From contig NC_010628.1 in assembly GCF_000020025.1 (NCBI RefSeq), forward strand, positions 4,800,001 through 4,832,000: a stretch of 32,000 bases of DNA, given 5' to 3'. Every line of letters starts with the position of its first letter. Positions within the stretch are counted from its first letter, which is position 1. This document shows positions 9,236-17,169 of the stretch, one piece after another. A program made the position numbers and the translations under genes. The notes under the pieces are model-generated. The model did not search any database, was not told the origin of the DNA, and worked only from the letters and a program-made list of their open reading frames with translations. Source of the DNA: Nostoc punctiforme PCC 73102 (GTDB lineage: Bacteria; Cyanobacteriota; Cyanobacteriia; Cyanobacteriales; Nostocaceae).

Positions 9236-10276
9236 TTATCCTAAATCTATAACTTCTTGCGGCAACTTAAACAAACCATCTTCCCCAGCTTCAAAATCAA
9301 CCACCTGATACACAGCATCAATATTTAACTCACCATAAATGTGAGGAAATAATTCGCCAATTTCAGCCTCTTCATAACGAATTTCAGCTTGTACTTTCTC
9401 AGAATCAAGAAAAAGTAGTACTAATTCTTTCTGATTATTAAAAAATTTCTTTGCAACTTTGAGTATTTGCGTTGATTTTGAACAATGTATAAAACCTTCA
9501 CTGTCTAACGAATCAGCGCGATATGTACCGAGATTTTTTGCTTGTTCCCATTGTTGGCGTTTGGTAATGTGGAGAATGGTGTTCATAGATAACCTAGGAA
9601 TTGCTGCATCTTGTAATATTTTCAGAAAATCTTCTAAATTTGTAAAGTCTTTAATTACTCTTGTAGCGCCTACACTTATTAATTTGTTATCACCTATTCC
9701 AATAAAAGCAATACTCAAGTCATAGGCTGCTTTTACATCCCAAACCCCATCACCGACAAAAACGACTTTCTGAAATTTTTCAACCTGATAAAAATTCTCT
9801 GCTTTGATAATAGCTGTTTTAATAATATTTTCTCGTGAAAGTGCATCATTAGCTGAAGCTAAGGGGATATCTTCTATTTCTAAGTTAGCTTTTTGAAGTT
9901 TTAGTTTAGCAGACTCACGCCAACCACCAGTTGCGATCGCAACACACCAATTAGGGTTTAGCTGTAATTTAGCTAATATATTTGCCGCCCCAGGAATTTC
10001 ACTGAATAAATCTTGGTTGTTAATAAAAGCTTCTTGAAGTAGACTAACAAAACGTGCTTTGAGTCTAACTAACTCTTCATCTAAAGGAAGACGTTCTAAT
10101 TTTTCTTGGAAAATTTGCTGGGTAATTCCAGAATCTGTGGTGTATCCGTATTCAGTCCAATTTGTATTTATACCAAAAATACCAAATTCTAATGCAAGAG
10201 CGCGTACAAAACAATTTTCATCAATTTTGTAGGTATTTGTTAGTGTACCATCAACATCAAAAATTACTAATTGCAT
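9236..10276 (-). CDS. HAD-superfamily hydrolase fused to a C-terminal DUF952-like domain
   Basis: HAD motifs are VIFDVDGTLTN (DxDGT), IATGGW and VGDGVWD. The C-terminal part, ILHITKRQQWEQAKNLGTYRADSLDSEGFIHCS...LVLLFLD...GELFPHIYGELNIDAV, fits DUF952. The ORF track extends to a TTG at 10324. I prefer ATG 10276 because it places the DxDGT motif about 7 residues from the N-terminus. Confidence 0.75.
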   Translation of the reverse strand: MQLVIFDVDGTLTNTYKIDENCFVRALALEFGIFGINTNWTEYGYTTDSGITQQIFQEKLERLPLDEELVRLKARFVSLLQEAFINNQDLFSEIPGAANILAKLQLNPNWCVAIATGGWRESAKLKLQKANLEIEDIPLASANDALSRENIIKTAIIKAENFYQVEKFQKVVFVGDGVWDVKAAYDLSIAFIGIGDNKLISVGATRVIKDFTNLEDFLKILQDAAIPRLSMNTILHITKRQQWEQAKNLGTYRADSLDSEGFIHCSKSTQILKVAKKFFNNQKELVLLFLDSEKVQAEIRYEEAEIGELFPHIYGELNIDAVYQVVDFEAGEDGLFKLPQEVIDLG

Positions 10277-10402
10277 AGTATATTTATTATAACTCACAGT
10301 TAATTTTAGAATCTTAGAAGCCAATTAAGCGGTCGCTCCAAAAAATTACCATTTAAAATCTCACCCAATGGCACTAGATGCAAATTTTATCTCTACATGA
10401 GG

Positions 10403-11932
10403 TTAAAAATCGGTAGCGGTTACATTTGGCGGAATACAAACATCTGGCGCACATAAGCCAAAAAACTCTAGCGTCGTCACCTCAAGAGTATTCAAATCTA
10501 CGCGACGGATCGCATGATTATTGGTATCAGCAATATATAAATATGAGCCGTTAATACTCAATCCCGAAGGTTCAAAAAATCGGCTATTTTTACCTTGCCC
10601 ATCTTGTAAACCAGCAGTACCATCTCCTTGAATAGTTTGACAATTACCACTAGGACTAACTAATTTAATTTTGTGATTATAGGTATCTGTAACCCATATA
10701 AAATTCTGAGCAAATTCCACTCCTAAACAGTGTTGTAAACGGACATCTTCACCTTGTCCATCAACATCACCAAAACCAAATAGACCCCCACTACCGCAAA
10801 CAGTTCGTACTTGATACGGTTCTACAATTCCAACACCACGAATTGAACTAACTTCACTGTCAGCGATATATAATTCTTTTCCATCGGTGCTAATACCACT
10901 GGGTTGAGCAAAGGCAGATTCGGTAAGCGAACCATCAATGCAAGCTTCCGCACCAGTACCAGCATAAGTTTTAATCATGCTAGTTTCTAAATCCATTTCC
11001 CAAATTTGATGCGGCCCAGCCATTGCAATAAATAAGGTATTTCCCACTTTCACTAAATCCCAAGGGGAATTTAGCGGGGTTTCTAAACCAACACCGCCAT
11101 GAGGATGAATATTCCGGCTTTGTTCTCCAGTTCCTGCGATCGCATCTACGACTTGACGCTTCATATCAACTCGCCGCAGGGTATGATTTTCTGTATCGGC
11201 AACATAAAGAATTTGATTCTCTGCATCATAAGCCATTCCCTGTGGTGCAAAAAACTGCGCTTCGTTAAAAGCACCATCGGTTAAGCCAGATTTTCCAGTA
11301 CCAATCAAATGCAGAATTTCGCCGTCGAAGCTACTCATAATCAGGCGATGATGCCCAGAGTCAGCGATGAACAAACCCGTTTGGGTAGCTAAAACTTTAC
11401 CAGGGAAAGCTAGGGGAGTAATTAATGGCTGGCGCTGTTTTTCTAATATCAAACTAAGTTCTTGAAAATTAATCGTGCCTTTATCTTGGTGTTGCTGAAT
11501 TAATTTTTGAATTAATTCGTCTAAAGCGTCACGATTTCCTTCTCCAGAAATCTGACCAATCACGTAACCTTCTGGATCAATAATTATTAAGGTAGGCCAA
11601 GCACGTACAGCATATTCTTCCCAAAGTCGAAAATTGCTGTCAATTATAACTGGGTGTTCAACGTCGTAGCGTAGGATAGCTTGGCGAATATTTTCTGTTT
11701 CTTTTTCGTTGTCAAATTTGGCAGAATGGACACCAATAATGGTAAGGCTATCTTTATATTTCTGTTCTAAATATTTCAGATTTGGCAGAATATGCAGACA
11801 ATTTATACAGCAGTATGTCCAAAAATCTAAAATTATGACTCTACCCTTGAGTTGTTTAAGAGATAAGGGTTTGTCAGTATTGAACCAAGAGTAATTGTGT
11901 GGTAATTCTGGCGCTCTAACACGGGGAAGCAT
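10403..11932 (-). CDS. Thioredoxin-like (CCINC) plus NHL-repeat beta-propeller protein (SOQ1 / NHLRC2-like)
   Basis: 509 aa. The N-terminal redoxin fold carries FWTYCCINCLH. At least five NHL-type repeats follow: FIADSGHHRLIM, YVADTENHTLRRVD, YIADSEVSSIRGV, WVTDTYNHKIKLV, YIADTNNHAIRRVD. No N-terminal signal peptide or TM segment is visible. Confidence 0.8.
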   Translation of the reverse strand: MLPRVRAPELPHNYSWFNTDKPLSLKQLKGRVIILDFWTYCCINCLHILPNLKYLEQKYKDSLTIIGVHSAKFDNEKETENIRQAILRYDVEHPVIIDSNFRLWEEYAVRAWPTLIIIDPEGYVIGQISGEGNRDALDELIQKLIQQHQDKGTINFQELSLILEKQRQPLITPLAFPGKVLATQTGLFIADSGHHRLIMSSFDGEILHLIGTGKSGLTDGAFNEAQFFAPQGMAYDAENQILYVADTENHTLRRVDMKRQVVDAIAGTGEQSRNIHPHGGVGLETPLNSPWDLVKVGNTLFIAMAGPHQIWEMDLETSMIKTYAGTGAEACIDGSLTESAFAQPSGISTDGKELYIADSEVSSIRGVGIVEPYQVRTVCGSGGLFGFGDVDGQGEDVRLQHCLGVEFAQNFIWVTDTYNHKIKLVSPSGNCQTIQGDGTAGLQDGQGKNSRFFEPSGLSINGSYLYIADTNNHAIRRVDLNTLEVTTLEFFGLCAPDVCIPPNVTATDF

Positions 11933-11950
11933 AGTAATTCGTAATTTAAC

Positions 11951-12877
11951 GTGGCTGTATCTGTTGTGAAAAAACTTGATAAATTAACTACTACGGAGTT
12001 ATCAGCTTGGGTACAACAAGCTAAAATTCAGGCTAAACAGGGACGAGTTCTCGATCGCATTCCACAATTAGCTTTAGCCGATCCTGATTGGTTTGCAGTC
12101 CACGTCTGCTGTGAATCGGGGAAAAATATCAGCTTCGGGGACACCGCTTGTATCTTCCCGCTTATGAGCGTTATTAAGACATTTTCTTTACTTTATCTGC
12201 TGGAACATTTTGGCGCAGAAACAGTTTTTAGCTGGGTTGGGGTGGAACCATCGGATGCACCCTTTAATTCTTTAGAACAATTAGTTAGCGATCGCGGCCG
12301 TCCCCGTAACCCGATGATTAATAGTGGAGCAATCACCCTCGCTGATAAGTTACCAGGAAAGGATGCTACCCAACGCACTCTTTTATTTTGTCAATGGCTC
12401 AACCAATTAGCAGGTTGCCAACTCAGTTTAGATGAAGTAATGCTGGCTTCAGTGCGATTAACACGTTCAACTGCCAATGAAGCGATCACAAACTATCTTA
12501 CCGAAACAGGTTATTTAGAAAATCTTGAAATAGCACTTGATACTTACGAGCAAATATGCTGTATCTCTGGGCGAATTAAAGATTTAGCTCTGTTAGGAAA
12601 ACTTCTCGCTTGTGATGGGTTAGTTAATCCACAAAATCGCCGGATTGTCAACGCAGTAATGTTAACTTGTGGACTTTACGAAGCTTCTGCCGAGTTTGCA
12701 GTCAGAATTGGTCTACCGATGAAATCAGGGATTGGTGGTGGACTTGTAGCAATAGTACCAGGTGAGGGAGCGATCGCTTGTTACAGTCCTGGGTTGGATA
12801 ATATCGGAAACCCTGTAGCAGGGCTTGTCTTTGTTGAGGCTTTTTCACAAAAGCTAGAGTTAAGTATCTTTGGGTAA
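11951..12877 (+). CDS. glsA: Glutaminase (GlsA family)
   Basis: 308 aa with MSVIKTFSLLYLLE (Ser-x-x-Lys), NPMINSGAI, and GLPMKSGIGGGLVAIVPG. It has a GTG start (11951 or 11966), because no in-frame ATG occurs before residue 72. Confidence 0.85.
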   Translation: MAVSVVKKLDKLTTTELSAWVQQAKIQAKQGRVLDRIPQLALADPDWFAVHVCCESGKNISFGDTACIFPLMSVIKTFSLLYLLEHFGAETVFSWVGVEPSDAPFNSLEQLVSDRGRPRNPMINSGAITLADKLPGKDATQRTLLFCQWLNQLAGCQLSLDEVMLASVRLTRSTANEAITNYLTETGYLENLEIALDTYEQICCISGRIKDLALLGKLLACDGLVNPQNRRIVNAVMLTCGLYEASAEFAVRIGLPMKSGIGGGLVAIVPGEGAIACYSPGLDNIGNPVAGLVFVEAFSQKLELSIFG

Positions 12878-14656
12878 ATGCTGCTTTTGAACAGGGAGAG
12901 AAATGATAAATTCTGTACCAGCACCCACCTCAGATTTACAAGTTAGTCGTCCTCCATGTTTTTCGACTACAATCTGATGACTAATCGAAAGTCCCATACC
13001 AGTGCCAACACCAGTCGCTTTAGTGGTAAAGAACATCTCAAAAATTTTTTCTTGAGTCTCACGGGCAATACCAGAACCGTTATCAGCAATACGGACAACT
13101 ACCCAGTTTTTGTCTAAAACTTCGGTAGCGATCGTAATTCGTGGAGAGTCTTGAGGATTGTGCTGTTCCTCCAATGCATCAAGCGCATTGTTGATAATGT
13201 TCATGAACACTTGATAAAGCGAGCTAGAAAAACCTTCAATGCTAGGAATCTCGCCGTACAAGCGCTCAATCGTAATGCCTTTTTTGATCCGATTATTGAC
13301 GATGAGTAGCGTACTATCCAGGCATTCATGTAAATTGACTGAATGGGCTTCTGCTTCATCCAGCCGAGAGAAGTTTTTCAAGCTCAAGACAATTTGCCGC
13401 ACCCGATCAGCACCAAATTTCATTGACTGCAAAAGTTTGGGTAAATCTTCTTCTAGAAATTCTGCATCAATTTCGGTGGCGTAGGCTTGCACCGCTAAAG
13501 GTGGATTAGGCACTTCTTGGCGATAGGTTTGTAGAAATGCTAATAAATCCTCTACATATTGAATAGCAGGATCTAAATTCCCATAGATAAAATTCACCGG
13601 ATTATTAATTTCGTGAGCAATGCCAGCTATCATTCGTCCTAAGCTAGACATTTTCTCACTTTGGAGCAATTGGGCTTCTTGCATTTGCTGCTGACGAAAA
13701 GCGGCTGCTTGCTGTTCTTCGAGTAGGTATTTAACCCTGTGTAAAAGTTGGTTAAATGCAATAGCAAGTATTCCAATTTCATCTGTAGTAATGACGGGTG
13801 CTTGCAGTTCAAAGTTAGATTCTTTGGTGACTCGCTGTGCCATATTTGTCAGCAATTCAACAGGACGGGTAATGGTTCGACTCGTCAAAAGAGCTAAAAG
13901 AGTAGCAATTATTACTGACAACAGAATGCTAGCAAGAATGATTTGAATCCGGATTTGTGCTGCTGTTTTAAACGTCGTCGTCGCTGCTGTTAGTTCCTCA
14001 TAGGAAGCATTAATGATGGTAACTAGTTCATCGGATACGCCGTCAAACTTAAGTGCCAACTCACTGTTGGTAAACTTCAACAGTCGTTGTTGAGCGATCG
14101 CAATTTTATTGTCAGTTAGAGGAGATAAATCAAGTTGTTGGAGCAGCTCGTCAAGTTGCTGGACATAAGTTTGTGTTATACCTTCATAAGTTTTTAGAAG
14201 CAGGGGAATATTCTCCCAGTGCTTTTCGTTTACATAATCGGCAGTTTTTATATATGTTTGGAGTTCCAACCAAACCTGCTTGATTTCAGGTGCATGTATA
14301 TTAGTAATGTGGCTATACTCCTGTTTGTATAGTTTTAGATTTGCCACTAAGGGAATGAGTTGCTGCTGGTGCGTCCGGGTTTGAAGAATACCTGTCTGGA
14401 GGCGATAAAGCAAATTGAGTTCCTTAAAAGCGTTTTGTTGCTGCTGCAATGCCTGTTGTTGATAGTGGTCTCCAAAGATTAACCCAATACTTGTTCCTAC
14501 AATTCCTACACCTAGAGCAAGAGCATATCCACATTTAATTTTGTTGCCAATACTCAGACCGTTGGTAATCTTTGAAAACCAATTTTTTCGGCTCGATTCT
14601 ACGAGTACAATATCACCGTAAACTGGTGGAAAATCTGAACCTTGATGGGAAGTCAT
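12860..14656 (-). CDS. Membrane sensor histidine kinase with HAMP domain
   Basis: 598 aa with two hydrophobic segments (ALALGVGIVGTSIGLIFG; ILASILLSVIIATLLALL), HAMP (ITRPVELLTNMAQRV...), H-box AHEINNPVNF and ATPase boxes NNALDA, DNGSGI and GTGMGLS. Confidence 0.85.
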   Translation of the reverse strand: MTSHQGSDFPPVYGDIVLVESSRKNWFSKITNGLSIGNKIKCGYALALGVGIVGTSIGLIFGDHYQQQALQQQQNAFKELNLLYRLQTGILQTRTHQQQLIPLVANLKLYKQEYSHITNIHAPEIKQVWLELQTYIKTADYVNEKHWENIPLLLKTYEGITQTYVQQLDELLQQLDLSPLTDNKIAIAQQRLLKFTNSELALKFDGVSDELVTIINASYEELTAATTTFKTAAQIRIQIILASILLSVIIATLLALLTSRTITRPVELLTNMAQRVTKESNFELQAPVITTDEIGILAIAFNQLLHRVKYLLEEQQAAAFRQQQMQEAQLLQSEKMSSLGRMIAGIAHEINNPVNFIYGNLDPAIQYVEDLLAFLQTYRQEVPNPPLAVQAYATEIDAEFLEEDLPKLLQSMKFGADRVRQIVLSLKNFSRLDEAEAHSVNLHECLDSTLLIVNNRIKKGITIERLYGEIPSIEGFSSSLYQVFMNIINNALDALEEQHNPQDSPRITIATEVLDKNWVVVRIADNGSGIARETQEKIFEMFFTTKATGVGTGMGLSISHQIVVEKHGGRLTCKSEVGAGTEFIISLPVQKQHLPKDT

Positions 14657-14832
14657 ATTAATCCTAAGTAAGCAATAAAAGCCAATTCTTACTTAGAATT
14701 CCCTAATTATTCAGCAAAAGTAAAAGTTTTGCAACTTTTCGCTCCCCATATTAGCGTGAGTTCGATGGCTCATATAGCGTCCGCCTAATCAGCTCAATCA
14801 AAAGACCTCTAAGAGTTTTTTCTACGTAAAAT

Positions 14833-14943
14833 TGCCCCTCTCCGAATCAGAGGGGCAGACTTGAACTTTAGTTCAAGGCAGGGAGAGTTTTGTCTCCCTC
14901 CTAGAAAACTAGATTGTTTCTCTTAAGGCATAACGAATGCCTT
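14833..14943. other. Cluster of four short hairpins between the lipoprotein gene 3' end and the kinase 5' region
   Basis: Stems: tgcccctct/agaggggca (14833-14857, 9 bp), cttgaac/gttcaag (14860-14877, 7 bp), gggaga/tctccc (14881-14898, 6 bp), aaggcat/atgcctt (14925-14943, 7 bp). The last can alternatively fold as aacgaa/ttcgtt (14932-14948). Confidence 0.5.
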
Positions 14944-14996
14944 TCGTTGGAAGCTCGCGTCATATTACTGATTTCCATGATGTGAAATAAACTGAA

Positions 14997-16640
14997 TTAT
15001 TTCACTTCTCCTTTTTCGGGTAAGGGTGTTGATTGAGGATTTGGCGTTACCTCTGGTTGTAGGTTTGGTAGTGGCGTAATTGTTTCTGGTACAGGAGACT
15101 CAATAATCTCTGGCAATGCAGGTGGCAAACTAGGAGATGGCGCAACTGTTACTTGTGGAGTAGGTGTCTTGCTCGTTCGGCGCTTAAAAAATCCGCCAAA
15201 TTTAGATTTTGCTGGCTGAGGCGTAACTTTTTCAGTTGACGGTGTTGATTCAGGAGTTGGCGTTACCTCTGGCTGTGGTTCTGGTGTTGGCGTAATTATT
15301 TCTGGTGCTGGAGACTCAATAATCTCTGGCAGTGCAGGTGGCAAACTAGGAGATGGCTCAACTGTTACTTCTGGGGTAAGTATCTTACCCGCCCGACGGT
15401 TAAAAAATCCGTCAACTTTAGGTTTAGTTGGCTGAGGCGCAACTTTTTCAGGTAGCGGCGTTGATTCTGGAGTCGGCGTTACCGTTGGCTGTGGTTCTGA
15501 TGGTGTCGGGGATAAAGTAGGAGATGGTACAGCCGTTGGAACTTCCAATTTTGGTTCTTCTGGCTGTGTTTTAGATTCTTTCGGAGCTTCAGTTTCAGGA
15601 AGGGGCTGCTTTTCTAGCTTCGGTTGGATTTGGGGTGTTTTTTCAACAGAAGGTGGAGGTGTGAGTCTATAATTCGGGTCTACAATGCCACGCACCTCAT
15701 CTGCTGTGAGTTCTCCTCTGACAATTTTTGACAAAGTATCTTTACCCTTTGGCTGGAAGTCAATGACTCGGACTGTAGTATTAAAAGTATTTTTGAGAGG
15801 ATTTCCCTGATTATCGAGAAATTCTAGCTTTATCCAGTTTTTACCAGTTTGGAAGCCTTTAAGATAAACTGCCTGCCAGCGATCAAAAACAAAGCTTTCA
15901 TCATTAATTGTGACGCGGATACGCCAATCACTAAATCCTTCGTTAGTGTTTTCCTTGTCAACGAGGTGTAGGGGAGCGTTAGTGAGATAAAAGTCTAGTA
16001 AGATTGGCTCTGCTCCGTAGCTACTTTGAGGACGGCTGTAAGTTAGCAGAGGTAATTTGGGATCTGGGTTATTGTCGTCTGTTTTGGTAAAGACGTGAAA
16101 TGTTGTCTCGGCATAAGCCCCTTCATTCTTAAAGCTTTCATGCCAAGGACGAGAGGCAAATACGCGCAGGGTATGAGTACCTGGAGACAACTCTGGCAAA
16201 ACCAAAGGTTGATTCAGGTCGTAAACAGGAATATAAGGTTGATTATCAAGAATTACATGGAGATGTGGCCCCAGTTGTAATTGTGGGTCTTTAAATATTG
16301 GTAGATCCTTAACCTGAAAACTGGCTGTAACTTTATTATTTTGGAAAACTTCATCAGGTCTTGGAGTCAGAATTGCCACTTGTGGCTGATACACCTCCAA
16401 AGTTGGACGCAGTGCTTGGATAACAGATGGCGGAGAAACTTCCGAAAATTGCTTTGAAATTTGAGAAATCTGTGGAGGGTTTTCTCTATAACCAGTAGAT
16501 ACTTCCTGGCTATCAGCCTTCTCGCCGCAACTGGTCAAGCTTAATACCAGTACCAATGTCATTATCCACCTAAGAATCGGGAACCTCTCAGGGAGGAGCT
16601 TCTCTAACACCCTTTTCTGCCACGAGTTCATGCGTTGCAC
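14997..16640 (-). CDS. Putative lipoprotein with a Pro/Thr/Glu-rich tandem-repeat C-terminus
   Basis: 547 aa. A signal peptide ends in the lipobox LSLTSC. A roughly 290-aa globular region follows, and then repeated 72-aa units (…PEVTPTPESTP..EKV.PQP.K.K..GFF.RR..K..TP.VTV.PSPSLPPALPEIIESP…). Confidence 0.7.
   Translation of the reverse strand: MQRMNSWQKRVLEKLLPERFPILRWIMTLVLVLSLTSCGEKADSQEVSTGYRENPPQISQISKQFSEVSPPSVIQALRPTLEVYQPQVAILTPRPDEVFQNNKVTASFQVKDLPIFKDPQLQLGPHLHVILDNQPYIPVYDLNQPLVLPELSPGTHTLRVFASRPWHESFKNEGAYAETTFHVFTKTDDNNPDPKLPLLTYSRPQSSYGAEPILLDFYLTNAPLHLVDKENTNEGFSDWRIRVTINDESFVFDRWQAVYLKGFQTGKNWIKLEFLDNQGNPLKNTFNTTVRVIDFQPKGKDTLSKIVRGELTADEVRGIVDPNYRLTPPPSVEKTPQIQPKLEKQPLPETEAPKESKTQPEEPKLEVPTAVPSPTLSPTPSEPQPTVTPTPESTPLPEKVAPQPTKPKVDGFFNRRAGKILTPEVTVEPSPSLPPALPEIIESPAPEIITPTPEPQPEVTPTPESTPSTEKVTPQPAKSKFGGFFKRRTSKTPTPQVTVAPSPSLPPALPEIIESPVPETITPLPNLQPEVTPNPQSTPLPEKGEVK
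15025..15535. repeat. 216-nt tandem repeat, about 2.4 copies, inside the lipoprotein gene
   Basis: Units start at 15025 (ggtgttgattgagg), 15241 (ggtgttgattcagg) and 15457 (ggcgttgattctgg). The period is exactly 216 nt (72 codons). The copies are visibly diverged, and I estimate roughly four-fifths identity by eye. Confidence 0.8.
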
Positions 16641-16781
16641 CCAGCGATAGTCTTCGACAATTGCACAGATTATTTTCGCTTAAACTGTCCATCTGGCACT
16701 ATAGCCCAAAAGGTAAATCTACCTCACATTCTCTAAGTTTTCCTGTGTCTATTTCAGTAAATGTTAAAACAAGTCATACTT

Positions 16782-16799
16782 TTTACAGCTTTTTACTTA
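16782..16799 (+). promoter_or_regulatory. HLR1-like direct repeat (candidate RpaB binding site) upstream of psaA
   Basis: TTTACAGC tt TTTACTTA compared with the HLR1 consensus (G/T)TTACA(T/A)(T/A)nn(G/T)TTACA(T/A)(T/A). The core TTTAC is repeated with a 10-nt period, and there are three deviations from consensus. It lies 371 nt upstream of the psaA ATG. Confidence 0.35.
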
Positions 16800-17169
16800 C
16801 AACAATGGAAATATGACACAAATGTTTATGAGTAATAGCAGTAAAAGCTGGAATTCGAGTGTATACAGCAAAATCATAAAACTTACGAATTGTTATTCTT
16901 TGTAAATTAAAATGGTTAATCTATTGACTTTTAGACAAATAGTTTGAAGTTAAAAGGCAGATAAGACGGTAATTTCAGCAATATTCCACCAAGTTTGAAT
17001 TATTGTTAAAATATCTCCAACAAAGTGCAGGTGAAGACTCTATAATTCAACGAGAAACAACTCTCCACATAGGGTCTTCATCGCGACTTCAGTAAAATTC
17101 TGAGTATGCGGTAATGGTTCACTTTGTGGTATTCATGATTCCTCATTCCTTATCAAGAGAGGAGGTCAA

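Noticed and set aside
10277-10324. 16-codon N-terminal extension (TTG start) of the HAD-DUF952 ORF given in the track
   Set aside because: The ATG at 10276 places the DxDGT motif at the usual distance from the N-terminus. The TTG extension (MASKILKLTVSYNKYT) has no Shine-Dalgarno sequence and no expected function. It is kept only as an alternative.
14756-14772. T-arm-like sequence gtgagttcgatggctca, suggesting a tRNA or tRNA fragment
   Set aside because: The stem is only 4 bp with an 8-nt loop. I could not build an acceptor, D or anticodon arm on either strand.
16805-16900. A 30-codon ORF (MTQMFMSNSSKSWNSSVYSKIIKLTNCYSL) in the psaA upstream region
   Set aside because: It has no ribosome-binding site, its composition is AT-driven, and it resembles no small photosystem subunit I know.
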